Source: an uncultured delta proteobacterium
GTDB lineage: Bacteria; Myxococcota_A; Polyangia; Polyangiales; Polyangiaceae
Direction of reading: 5' to 3'
Assembly (NCBI GenBank): GCA_963716725.1
Contig: CAVQUB010000005.1
Location: 640,001 to 704,000 of the forward strand
Length of the DNA stretch: 64,000 bases
How positions within the stretch are numbered: position 1 is the first letter of the stretch; each line of letters opens with the position of its first letter. The notes under the pieces are model-generated. The model ran no database searches, was not told where the DNA came from, and was given only the letters and a program-made list of their open reading frames with translations. Made by a program: the position numbers and the translations under genes. This document shows, one piece after another, positions 36,888-47,116 of this stretch.

Positions 36888-38354
36888 CTCATGATCAAAC
36901 ACATCTCATTGCGAGCGGACGGCGCGTGTGATCTACGGGAGAAATGCCGGCAACAGAATGGTTAGGGCGGTCGATTTCGGACGAGTTCGAGGGCTCTCAG
37001 CTCGGCGATAAGCGGCGCAGTGACAGGCTCGGTTGGCTCGCTGAGAAACTGATGGCGGCGCCCGGTGTTGGGTTTCCGCAGGCTGTCGACACTCCGTCCG
37101 AGCTTGAGGGAGTCTACCGATTCCTGCGCAACGAGCAGTTCGACGCGGAGCAGATCCTTGACCCGCACCTGTCGGCGACGGTGGAGCGTGTGAGTTCCGC
37201 TGGCCTGTGTATCGTCGCGCACGATACGACCGAAGTATCGCTCGGCGGCGCCAGTCGGCGAGCTGGGTTGGGCGTCACGTCCGGCGGCAGCCAGGGGTTT
37301 CTCGCACACGTGGCGCTGGCCGTGCTTCCCGGCGAGGAGCGAGTGCCACTCGGAGTTCTGGGTCTACAGCGACACGTCCGCCTCGTACACAAGGGTGGAC
37401 GCGGGCGCCGCCGGTCTGTCAGTCGGAGAGACCCCGAGCGCGAATCACTGCGCTGGCCGGCCATGCTCGAGGCCGTCCATGCACGCTGCCCCGGCAGCGC
37501 GCTCATTCACGTGATGGACCGCGAAGCGGACATTTTCGAGGTCCTGGCGAAGGCGCAGGAACTCGGTGCGCGCTACGTCATCCGTTCGGCTCACGACCGA
37601 GTAACTGAGGAAATAGGCATCTGCTTGCGCAGTGCAATCTCAACGCTCGAACCGCAGTTTTTTCGCACGATCTCGGTGTCATCGAGGAAACCGAGCAGTC
37701 GCGCGCATGCTGCAAAAGAGCACCCGTCTCGCAACGCCCGGAGCGCGGAGGTCGCCGTGGCAGGCAAACGTTTGACTGTGCTGCGCCCCCGCAACACTCG
37801 ACATGAGACGCGCAGCATCGAACTCAACGTGGTTCGAGTCTGGGAACTCCAACCACCAGAAGGCGAGCCGTCGGTCGAGTGGGTGCTGCTCACTACCGAA
37901 CCCATTGACACCGTCGCCGAACTCGCGACCGTCGTGGACTGTTACCGCAGTCGGTGGGTGATCGAAGAGTTCTTCAAGGCACTCAAGCAAGGGTGTTCTC
38001 TCGAGAAACGACAGCTCGAGTCGTATCAGGCACTGAGCAACGCGCTCGCCGTGTTCCTGCCCATCGCCTGGCGCCTGTTGCTCATGCGCTCGTTAGCCCG
38101 CGTCGCACCCGAGCAACCGGCAACAACGATCCTGAGTGAGCCCCAGTTGCTCCTCATAAAGTTCAAGCTCCGCCTCCCGGCCGTCCCGCAGACCATTGAG
38201 CAAGCGCTATTCGCTGTCGCGCGACTCGGCGGGCATCTGAAGAACAACGGCGCACCCGGGTGGCAAACGTTAGGACGGGGCTACCAGAAGCTCCTCGACT
38301 ACGAGATCGGCTTCCGAGCTGCCCGGTCCCAGATGGGATCCGATCAATCATGAG
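36888..38354 (+). mobile_element. IS4-family (IS50/Tn5-like) insertion sequence, 1467 bp
   Basis: Imperfect terminal inverted repeats beginning CTCATGAT; 8-bp target duplication CCGACGGG at 36880-36887 and 38355-38362. Confidence 0.9.
36944..38353 (+). CDS. IS4-family DDE transposase
   Basis: LGDKRR, HDTT, VMDREAD, WVLLT, YRSRWVIEEFFKALK (YREK), ARLGG...PGWQTL. Confidence 0.95.
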   Translation: MPATEWLGRSISDEFEGSQLGDKRRSDRLGWLAEKLMAAPGVGFPQAVDTPSELEGVYRFLRNEQFDAEQILDPHLSATVERVSSAGLCIVAHDTTEVSLGGASRRAGLGVTSGGSQGFLAHVALAVLPGEERVPLGVLGLQRHVRLVHKGGRGRRRSVSRRDPERESLRWPAMLEAVHARCPGSALIHVMDREADIFEVLAKAQELGARYVIRSAHDRVTEEIGICLRSAISTLEPQFFRTISVSSRKPSSRAHAAKEHPSRNARSAEVAVAGKRLTVLRPRNTRHETRSIELNVVRVWELQPPEGEPSVEWVLLTTEPIDTVAELATVVDCYRSRWVIEEFFKALKQGCSLEKRQLESYQALSNALAVFLPIAWRLLLMRSLARVAPEQPATTILSEPQLLLIKFKLRLPAVPQTIEQALFAVARLGGHLKNNGAPGWQTLGRGYQKLLDYEIGFRAARSQMGSDQS

Positions 38355-38409
38355 CCGACGGGGTGGGCCGGCTCCGCCGGCCTGCGCTCCGCCATTCTTC
38401 GACAGACCT

Positions 38410-39384
38410 TCAGCGCGCCGGTCGACCGTAGATTTCGACCTCGCTCAGCGCGATGTAGGCGTTCTTTCGGTCCACGCGCACACGCACGTAGCGAGCGGTC
38501 TCGCCCTTCAAGCTCGCGGTCCAAGGCTGCTTGTGGGTGAAGGTGCCGTCTCGGGAGGCCGCGCGATCGAAGCTGCGAGCGTCCAGCGAGAGCTCGACCA
38601 CCAAGGGGAGCATGTCCGCGAAGTAGCCGTCCCCGCGGTTGTAGACCACGACGCGGCTGAGGCGATGTGGTTTGCCCAGGTCGATGGTGAACCAAGCCTT
38701 GCCATCGATCTCGGTGTGAGCCCCGAAGGTGTCCGTCACCGAACCATCGACGAGGCCGGCGGGCGGCGGCGTACCGGGCCACATGCTGCTGGCCGTGACG
38801 GGTCTTCCGCGGGCGAGGTTCTGCGGCAAGAACAGCCAGAGCGCCGCGGCGGCCAGCGTCCCCGCAAACGCAAGCGCGAGAGCGGCGAGCCGGAGCCAGC
38901 GCAGCACGCGGATGCGCCGACGGGTCCGCACTTCGTAGAGCTTGCGCACACGCCGCAGCGCGGCCGTGAGCAGGTCGACGGATTTCGTCCGCTCGGTAGG
39001 GCTCAGGCGATCCGTCACCGAGGCATCGTCGGCGACAAAGACCACGCGAAGCTCTGCGTAGTCCGCCGCAGGTCCCAGCGCCGGCAGCTCGCCCGAGTCG
39101 ATGAGCTGCATGAGCTCCGCGCTGCCGAGGGCGGTGCCCGCGGGGCGCGTGCCCCGACCGACGAGCGCCGCCGTGGTCGCGAGCCGCAGGGCCTGTCCGT
39201 ACAGCACGATGGCGACGGGGTCGAAATGCTCGTCTGCCGCCTCGCGGGCCATCTTCGCCCGAGCATTCACCCCGGTGGCCAATACACGCACCTCGCCCCG
39301 GGCGTCGTCCGTGCAGCCCTCGGCCAAGCGCTGCGCTTCACCGAGCCAGAACCACTCGCGGACGCTACGGAGCCAGTGCCTCAC
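38410..39384 (-). CDS. Membrane protein with C-terminal discoidin (F5/8 type C, CBM32-like) domain
   Basis: TM helix then NLARGRPVTASS, WFTIDLG, VYNR, ARYVRV, LSEVEIYG. Start approximate. Confidence 0.75.
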   Translation of the reverse strand: MRHWLRSVREWFWLGEAQRLAEGCTDDARGEVRVLATGVNARAKMAREAADEHFDPVAIVLYGQALRLATTAALVGRGTRPAGTALGSAELMQLIDSGELPALGPAADYAELRVVFVADDASVTDRLSPTERTKSVDLLTAALRRVRKLYEVRTRRRIRVLRWLRLAALALAFAGTLAAAALWLFLPQNLARGRPVTASSMWPGTPPPAGLVDGSVTDTFGAHTEIDGKAWFTIDLGKPHRLSRVVVYNRGDGYFADMLPLVVELSLDARSFDRAASRDGTFTHKQPWTASLKGETARYVRVRVDRKNAYIALSEVEIYGRPAR

Positions 39385-39443
39385 GATGAGCAACCTCGGC
39401 CCGAGAGCGCGACCCCACTCTGACGCATCGCCGGCTGTGCCCC

Positions 39444-40784
39444 TCAGCTCCGCCGGCAATCGAAGCGGCTCTGGGGGCCGCCCACCCGCTGACCGTGCCC
39501 AAACGCGCCGGCGATGCGGATGTACGTCCACAGCACGCCGCGGACCTTGGCGAGCTTCGAGACGCCCATGCGTTCTTTGTAGTCGATGGGAAACTCGACG
39601 ACCTTGTAGCCGCTCTTGGCCGGCAAGATCAGCGTGTCGAGCGGGATGGCGTCGCCCGACCCGTCGAAAGAAAACCCCCGGATGACCGACGAGCGGTAGC
39701 CGCGCATCCCGCTGTGCACGTCCGTCGTCGGCAGACCGTGCGCCACCTGGGCAGAAGCGGCCATGAAGCGATTCGCGAGGAAATTCTGGAGCGGCATGGC
39801 GTCTTGGAACTTCGCCGTGCGACTGGCATTGACCACGTCGGCGCCGTCTTCGAGCACCTTGCGGATGACCGGGATCTTGTCGATCGGGTAGGTGAAATCG
39901 CAGTCCAGGTAGATGAGCGCGTCGCTGTCCTGCGCGGCCTCGTACATCAGGCGCTCCATGGCCGGGCCATGGCCTTGTGGCGGCAGCTGCCGTACCACCC
40001 GGGCTCCCTTGGCCTTCGCTAGCTCCGGCGTCCGGTCGCTCGAGCTGTCGATCAGCAGGATCTTCGCGTCCGGCGCCACCGCGCGGATATCGTCGATCAT
40101 GCGCTCGACGCTCTCGATCTCGTTGAGCGTCAGCATGCCCACGGTCAGCGAGAGGGGACCGCGCTTCGGGGGAACGCGCGCTACGAACACGTGGTCCGCC
40201 GCGAACCGGTCGGGGTCGCGCATGGCGACGAGCTTTTCCATGGGCCGCGCGAGTTGCCGCGTGGTGCGGAACGAGGTGGTGTACCGGATGCGCAGGTCGT
40301 CCACGGCCTTCGCGGTTCGAGTCAGCTCGGCCCGGAGGAAGCGCGGGTTCATGTCGTAGCGCATCACCTCGAACCCTGCCGTCTCGAGCGCCGCCCGGAC
40401 CGCGGCTCGAGTCGGACCGGCTTGGGCCTCGAACGAGACGACCAGGTGACCCCCGTCGACCAGATGTGAGCGTGCGTCCTCGAACAACGCCACGAGGCTG
40501 GGTACGCGCTCGCAACCACCTTCGATGGCCACCAAATCGAAGCTTCGCCCCTCGGCAGGGCGAAACAGATCGGGCTGTGTCAGATCGACCGCGTGCACTT
40601 CTGGCACTAGATCCATGGCTCGATCGAGCAGCTCGTCGCAGCCCTCGAGGGCGACGACCTTGGTGCCGAGAGTGCGGAGCGCGGTGGCACTCTCGGCGAC
40701 GCCGAGGCCGACGAAGAGCGCGGTGCGCGGCCGACCCAGGTTCTCGACCAGGGCGAAATTCATTTCCTTCAGAAGGGGGACCAT
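39444..40784 (-). CDS. GT2 (polyprenol-phosphate glycosyltransferase-like) fused to a degenerate methyltransferase-like domain
   Basis: TLNE, IDSSSDRT, GHGPAM, LDCDFTYP, DVHSGMRGY, PIDYKERMGVSK; N-terminal LFVGLG...FDLV...GGHLVV. Confidence 0.85.
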   Translation of the reverse strand: MVPLLKEMNFALVENLGRPRTALFVGLGVAESATALRTLGTKVVALEGCDELLDRAMDLVPEVHAVDLTQPDLFRPAEGRSFDLVAIEGGCERVPSLVALFEDARSHLVDGGHLVVSFEAQAGPTRAAVRAALETAGFEVMRYDMNPRFLRAELTRTAKAVDDLRIRYTTSFRTTRQLARPMEKLVAMRDPDRFAADHVFVARVPPKRGPLSLTVGMLTLNEIESVERMIDDIRAVAPDAKILLIDSSSDRTPELAKAKGARVVRQLPPQGHGPAMERLMYEAAQDSDALIYLDCDFTYPIDKIPVIRKVLEDGADVVNASRTAKFQDAMPLQNFLANRFMAASAQVAHGLPTTDVHSGMRGYRSSVIRGFSFDGSGDAIPLDTLILPAKSGYKVVEFPIDYKERMGVSKLAKVRGVLWTYIRIAGAFGHGQRVGGPQSRFDCRRS

Positions 40785-40855
40785 TGGGACCGGCGGCTCA
40801 TAACATGGTCTAAATCCGCGGTCGCGATCCGCGTTCCGTCCCGGGGATCCAGCCC

Positions 40856-41485
40856 TCAAGCGCTTCGGAACGGCACCAGCTTGGCCGTGAACTGCAGCTC
40901 GGACCAAGCCACCAGGCGCCAGGGCAGGTCGTGCATCTTCATCGGCCAGCTGAGTTCGGCGATACGGGCGCCGGCAGCTTCGGCCATCTCGACCCAGCGG
41001 TTGGGCGAGAAGTAGGTGCCACGAACGTGGATGGCCTCTTTGGCGTTACCGAAGAGGTCCATGAAATGCAGGATCTTGTGGCTCAGCGGACCGAAGGCAA
41101 AGTGGTCCTTCACGACCACCATGTGCTTGGCCACCCGCACGCACTCGCTCAGCACGGCCACAGGATCCTCGCAGTGGTGCAGCACGTCGACGATCATCAC
41201 GGCATCGAAGGACTGATCCGCGTGGGGCAGCGACTTGCCGTCGTAGAGCTTCACGTCGATGTACTTCTCGCGTCGGAACACCACGTCGACACCTTCGATG
41301 CGCGTGGCCCCGACCCGCTTGCCGACTTCCAGGGTCAGCGCGCCGTTTCCGCAGCCCACGTCCAGCAGCGAGCTCGCCGCGCCGATGTGAGTCGCCAGCG
41401 CCGACGAGATGCGCGCGTTGCGCGGCGCCGGATTGGTCCGGTGGTAGTGGTCGAAGACGACTCGGAAGGGGTTCAGACTCGCCAT
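40856..41485 (-). CDS. Class I SAM-dependent methyltransferase
   Basis: [21 protein letters not shown]. Confidence 0.88.
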   Translation of the reverse strand: MASLNPFRVVFDHYHRTNPAPRNARISSALATHIGAASSLLDVGCGNGALTLEVGKRVGATRIEGVDVVFRREKYIDVKLYDGKSLPHADQSFDAVMIVDVLHHCEDPVAVLSECVRVAKHMVVVKDHFAFGPLSHKILHFMDLFGNAKEAIHVRGTYFSPNRWVEMAEAAGARIAELSWPMKMHDLPWRLVAWSELQFTAKLVPFRSA

Positions 41486-41538
41486 CGCGCGGGATTGGGT
41501 AGCAGGGCGGCGCGGCGCTGGCCAGCGCGTTCAACGCA

Positions 41539-42708
41539 TCACGATCGTGGCGGCGCCTTCGAGCGGCGCATGCCCTTGAGCGTCGGCGTGCGTTTGGGTC
41601 CGACGGTCTCACGTTTGTCTGGGCTGGCCGTCCCCCGAGGGCCGGTCTTGCTCTTGGGTCGCACACTCGGAGTGACGCGCCCCGCGATACCCGGAGGGGT
41701 GCACCCGGGCTTCACCGTGGCCTTGTTCGCGTTCGAGATTGGGGCGGGGCCGTTCCGAAGCTCCAGACTCGGCCGGACCTTCGGCCGCAGTTCGTCGCTG
41801 TGGGAGACCCGCACCACCTCTTCGATGGTGATCCGCGGAGTGCTGGGGATGGAAACCTTGGGCATGCCCGCCGGTAGCGTCGGCGCGCGGCGGCTCGTGG
41901 AGTTGCGCGACAGCGGGGCGCGGTCCGGCGCCGCGACCCGCACCACCCTGCCCATCTCGTCGGGCCAGTTCACCTTCGGCGGCGGGTTTGCCGGGCGGGC
42001 CAGCAGGAAGCCCTGAGCCAGCTGAACGCCGAGATCGCGCAACGCCAGGAGTTCCCTCACCGTCTCGATGCCCTCGGCCACGACCTGACAGCCGAGGTCG
42101 CGACACAGCGCGACCATGTGCGCGACCACCGCACGCTGCCGCGGCTTCTGATCGATGTCGCGGATCAACGCCAGATCGAGCTTCACCACCGCAGGCTCGA
42201 GATCCAAGATGCGCGAGATGTTGGAGTAACCCGCACCGAAGTCGTCGATGACCAGGTGCGCGCCCGTCCGCGCGCAGAGCTCCTTGAGCACGCTCGTGCA
42301 GAGATCGAAGTGGCTGAAGGCGGCCGTCTCCGTGATTTCCAGATATACGCCCGAGTCGTGGAACCCGATGGGGTCGTCGGGCTGAATCAGCCAGCGTGAG
42401 CTCAGCTCGTCCGGGTGGATGTTCACGAACAAGGGGAGCGACGGTTGCTCTGAGAACGCCACGTCGCGGATCAACCGACCGAGGCGGCCCGTTGCTCGCT
42501 CAGCGACCGCGCGCGCGAAGAGCTCGAGGGGCGAGGCCAAGCTCGCGCGCTGGCACCGCACCAGCACCTCGTGAGCGAAGGTGACGCCCGTGCCCATGTC
42601 CACGATGGGCTGGTAGGCGACTTTGACGTCCTCGCGTCCGATCTCTCGCACGCCGGGAGTGACCGCGCTCAGCGCGTCGGACGTCCAGGTCAGCTTGGGT
42701 TTGGACAT
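41539..42708 (-). CDS. EAL-domain c-di-GMP phosphodiesterase with low-complexity tail
   Basis: YQPI, EVLVR, FVNI, LEITE, DDFGAGYS, VKLD, AEGIET, QGF. Confidence 0.9.
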   Translation of the reverse strand: MSKPKLTWTSDALSAVTPGVREIGREDVKVAYQPIVDMGTGVTFAHEVLVRCQRASLASPLELFARAVAERATGRLGRLIRDVAFSEQPSLPLFVNIHPDELSSRWLIQPDDPIGFHDSGVYLEITETAAFSHFDLCTSVLKELCARTGAHLVIDDFGAGYSNISRILDLEPAVVKLDLALIRDIDQKPRQRAVVAHMVALCRDLGCQVVAEGIETVRELLALRDLGVQLAQGFLLARPANPPPKVNWPDEMGRVVRVAAPDRAPLSRNSTSRRAPTLPAGMPKVSIPSTPRITIEEVVRVSHSDELRPKVRPSLELRNGPAPISNANKATVKPGCTPPGIAGRVTPSVRPKSKTGPRGTASPDKRETVGPKRTPTLKGMRRSKAPPRS

Positions 42709-42886
42709 GAGCCGGGAAGGGTACGCAGGCGCCGAAGGTGAATCAAGGCCCCTGGGTCTCGGTGGTCTCGGTCGATGCCGCTTTGCGTCGGCGAGGCGGG
42801 GGCCGCATGATGAGCACAGTCGAGTGCAGGAACGAGCAGCGGTATTGTCGACGGTTGCGTCGAGCGTTCCCGGGGGCGCGCCGGAC

Positions 42887-44188
42887 GTGGAGCCGTGGAT
42901 CGGGCTGCTGGTCGCCTTGGTCTTGGTGTTGGTGAACGGGTTTTTTGTCGCCGCGGAGTTCGCGCTGGTCAAGGTCCGACCGACCCAGATCGAGCCTTTT
43001 GTCGAGCGCGGTGAGCTGCGAGCCAAGGTCGCGCAGAACATGATCACTCACCTGGACGCCTACCTGTCCGCGACCCAGCTGGGCATCACCCTAGCGAGTC
43101 TCGCGCTCGGGTGGATCGGTGAGCCGGCGTTCGCGTGGTTGCTCGAGCCCGTTCTCTCTCGGATCCCCGGCATGACCCCAGCCTTGAACCACTCGGTGAG
43201 CCTCAGCGTTGCCTTCATCACCATCAGCGCCCTGCACATCGTGCTGGGCGAGCTCGCGCCCAAGTCGCTGGCCATCCGCAAGCCGGAGCCCACCACTCTC
43301 TGGGTGTCGCTCCCGCTCTACGCGTTTTACAAGCTCACCTATCCAGCAATCTGGGTCCTGAACCACGCGGCCAATGCGCTGCTCAGGCTGGTGGGCATCG
43401 AGCCGGTGAGCGAGGCGGACGGCGCGCAGGGGGAAGACGAGCTTCGGCGCCTGCTCGGCTCCAAGCACGCCGCGGGAATTTCCCACGCCAAGCGAGAGAT
43501 CATCGACAACGTCTTCGATCTCTCGCGCCGCACGGCCCGGCAGGTGATGGTGCCGCGCGCCGACGTGGTGTTTCTCAGCACGAAGAACTCGCTGGAGACC
43601 AACCTGAGCGCCGCCCGCGCCAGCGGCCACACGCGATTCCCGGTGTGCCACGGACAGCTCGACAGCGTCTTCGGGCTCCTCCACATCAAGGACCTGTTCC
43701 AGAGCGCTGCGCCCCCCGACTCCATAGAAGAGCTGGCTCGCGGGATTGACTGCGTCCCGGAGACGACGACGCTGGAAGCATTGCTCCGCCAAATGAGGAG
43801 TCGGCACGCCCACATGGCCGCAGTCGTCGACGAGCACGGCGGCGTCAGCGGCATCATCACTCTCGAAAACGTGATCGAGGAGATAGTCGGTTCCATCGAG
43901 GACGAGTTCGATCAGGAGCTGCCCGAGGTCGTGCAGCTGACCCCCGGTGTCTATCGCGTGGCGGGCAAGGTCTTGGTCCAGGATCTCGAGCGCGAGATCG
44001 GGATCGAGCTCAGCGATCGGGACGAGGACACGATCGGCGGGGTCGTGTTGAGTGAGATCGGACGCAGCCCCAAGGTTGGCGACCAGGCCACCCTCGGCTC
44101 GGTTCGTTTCGAGGTGCTCGTGGCCCGAGCGCACCGGATCCTCTGGCTCGAGGTGCGGGTCACGCCCGGTGAAGAACCTGGTCGCTGA
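42887..44188 (+). CDS. CNNM/HlyC-CorC family protein (DUF21-CBS-CorC)
   Basis: NGFFVAAEFA, ATQLGIT, GELAPK, VMVPR, VVDEHGG..GIITLE. Confidence 0.92.
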   Translation: MEPWIGLLVALVLVLVNGFFVAAEFALVKVRPTQIEPFVERGELRAKVAQNMITHLDAYLSATQLGITLASLALGWIGEPAFAWLLEPVLSRIPGMTPALNHSVSLSVAFITISALHIVLGELAPKSLAIRKPEPTTLWVSLPLYAFYKLTYPAIWVLNHAANALLRLVGIEPVSEADGAQGEDELRRLLGSKHAAGISHAKREIIDNVFDLSRRTARQVMVPRADVVFLSTKNSLETNLSAARASGHTRFPVCHGQLDSVFGLLHIKDLFQSAAPPDSIEELARGIDCVPETTTLEALLRQMRSRHAHMAAVVDEHGGVSGIITLENVIEEIVGSIEDEFDQELPEVVQLTPGVYRVAGKVLVQDLEREIGIELSDRDEDTIGGVVLSEIGRSPKVGDQATLGSVRFEVLVARAHRILWLEVRVTPGEEPGR

Positions 44189-44322
44189 CGCGCAGAGCGC
44201 CCGAGCCTCAGCTTCGCGTGGAACGTCGGTGGGCCCGGAACCAGCGCTGATTTCCGGAACCGGCGACTCCGTGGACGCACGGTTGCTTTTCCCCCATTGT
44301 CTCGGCGGCGGAGGCCACGCAG

Positions 44323-45240
<918 letters not shown>

Positions 45241-45264
45241 GGGCTCGAAGCGCGCGCGGCGCCT

Positions 45265-45585
45265 CTACTTCTTGCGCGACGACTTCTTCGCAGCGGGCTT
45301 CTTCGCAGCGGGCTTCTTCGCAGCGGGCTTCTTCTTGCCGGGCACCTGCGCGAGGGCGCTCGCCGCGGCAGTTCTGCCGGCCGGGCTGGTGACCGTGCGG
45401 GCGAGTGCTCGCCCCGCCGCGCTCGCGGCCTTCGAACCGGTGCGCGCAGGGCGTCCGGTCTGAGAAAGCGCGCTGCCGGCCGCGATCTTCGCCGCCTTTG
45501 TCGCCTTCGGGTTGCGCAGCGTCTTCGATGCAGCGCTGGCTGCTTGCCCGTGGGTACGCCCCGTCCTCGCCTTTGCTCGTGCCAT
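45265..45585 (-). CDS. Small very basic protein with two internal repeats and a histone-H1-like KKPAA tail
   Basis: MARAK...AASAASKTL...AAGSALSQ / AASAAGRAL...AAASALAQ...KKPAA x3 (15-bp repeat 45283-45327). Confidence 0.7.
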   Translation of the reverse strand: MARAKARTGRTHGQAASAASKTLRNPKATKAAKIAAGSALSQTGRPARTGSKAASAAGRALARTVTSPAGRTAAASALAQVPGKKKPAAKKPAAKKPAAKKSSRKK

Positions 45586-45699
45586 GTGCCGGACACTAGC
45601 AACGTCGTCGCGCCAAGGTCCAGCAGTCCCGCCCGATGTGCGCTCACCCCTGTCGGAGGCGGGGTGGCGGCAGGTCCCCAGCAAGCGTAAGGTCGTGGC

Positions 45700-46998
45700 A
45701 TGCGCCGCGCGGTGTTCGTCCTCGTCGTGACCGGGGGTCTGACGCCGGCGTGCGCCGCGTTCGACGGCGCCGAGGAGCTCTTGCCGACCTCCGACGCCGG
45801 CGCCGACGGATCCTTCGGCGGGACTGGGGTATCGGGCAACGCGGGTTGGCCCGGCACGGGCGCCGCTCCGGCCGGAGGAACGTCGGGAAACGGAGCCACC
45901 GGCGGAGGCGGGACGACCAGCGGAGGCGGCACGACCAGCGGAGGCGGCACGACCAGCGGAGGCGGCACGACCAGCGGAGGCGGCACGACCAGCGGAGGCG
46001 GCACGACCAGCGGTGGCGGCACGACCAGCGGTGGCGGCACGACCAGCGGTGGCGGCACGACCAGCGGTGGCGGCACGACCAGCGGTGGCGGCGGCGCTCC
46101 GCCTCAGTGCACCGGGAACGCCGATTGTGCCGATGGCAATCCGTGCACGAACGAGATCTGCTCCGCCGGGAAATGCGGCAAGACCTTGGTGGCCTCGGGC
46201 ACGGCGTGCGGGAACAATACCGTCTGCGATGGCGCCGAGACCTGCGACGGGAGCGGCAATTGCAAGGCGGGTGCTCCGCCTCAGATCAACGACAACAACG
46301 CGTGTACCGTGGACAGCTGCGACCCCGTGAGCGGGGTGAAGCACACGCCGGTCAACGTCAACGACAACGATGCGTGCACGACTGACAGCTGTAACCCCCA
46401 GACCGGGGTCATCTCCCACGTTCCGGTCAATGTCGACGACGGCAACTCCTGCACCGTCGACAGCTGCGACCCGGTCACCGGTGTCAAGCACCAGGCGGTT
46501 TCCTCCATCAGCCAGTGCGGGCTGTCGTGTCCGAGCGGCTACCACCCGAGCTCGTACAGCTACTCGAGCGGGTGCGGCGGCAGCTGCTGCTCCAACAATC
46601 ACGCCACTTGCGCTCACAATTGCGGCACGTCGTTCAGCCAGTGCGGGTTGTCGTGTCCGAGCGGCTACCACCCGAGTTCGTACAGCTACTCGACCGGGTG
46701 CGGCGGTAGCTGCTGCTCCAACAACTCGGGCACCTGCCAGGCGGACAGCGGGACCTTCTCCCAGTGCGGGCTCTCGTGCCCATCGGGTTGGCACCCGACC
46801 TCGTACAACTACTCCAGTTCCTGCGGTGGCAGCTGCTGCTCCAACAACTCCGCCAGCTGTGCGCCCAATACCGGAACCACGTTTTCGCAGTGTGGGACCT
46901 CGTGCCCGTCGGGGTACGTCGCGCAGTCCTACAACTACTCGAGCTCGTGTGGCGGCAGCTGCTGCTCCAACAACTCCGCCAGCTGCAAGAAGATCTGA
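45700..46998 (+). CDS. Cys-rich lipoprotein with Dictyostelium-type repeats and four C-terminal 6-Cys repeats
   Basis: Lipobox-like TPAC; TTSGGG linker; DxNxCTxDSC repeats; 4 x SQCGxSCPSG...CGGSCCSNN..C. Confidence 0.85.
   Translation: MRRAVFVLVVTGGLTPACAAFDGAEELLPTSDAGADGSFGGTGVSGNAGWPGTGAAPAGGTSGNGATGGGGTTSGGGTTSGGGTTSGGGTTSGGGTTSGGGTTSGGGTTSGGGTTSGGGTTSGGGTTSGGGGAPPQCTGNADCADGNPCTNEICSAGKCGKTLVASGTACGNNTVCDGAETCDGSGNCKAGAPPQINDNNACTVDSCDPVSGVKHTPVNVNDNDACTTDSCNPQTGVISHVPVNVDDGNSCTVDSCDPVTGVKHQAVSSISQCGLSCPSGYHPSSYSYSSGCGGSCCSNNHATCAHNCGTSFSQCGLSCPSGYHPSSYSYSTGCGGSCCSNNSGTCQADSGTFSQCGLSCPSGWHPTSYNYSSSCGGSCCSNNSASCAPNTGTTFSQCGTSCPSGYVAQSYNYSSSCGGSCCSNNSASCKKI
45913..46092 (+). repeat. Coding 18-bp tandem repeat x10 (TTSGGG)
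   Basis: Five units acgaccagcggaggcggc followed by five units acgaccagcggtggcggc. Confidence 0.95.
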
Positions 46999-47116
46999 GC
47001 GAGTAGAGGCGCGTGGCGCCGACCCCGCCTCGACGACGAGCCCCCGGGGCGCCGAAGCTCCGAAATACGAGCCCTCACCCCTACCGCTTCGAGCCGTATT
47101 GCCCCCAGAATGAGCT

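Noticed and set aside
38410..40515. 701-aa ORF as a GT-discoidin fusion
   Set aside because: The upstream part is an alternative frame over the GT2 gene, which has its own stop at 39444.
45913..46092. Regular short repeats here and at 18852-19031 and ~63070-63210 as CRISPR arrays
   Set aside because: Head-to-tail in-frame units with no unique spacers; they encode Gly-rich linkers; no cas genes.
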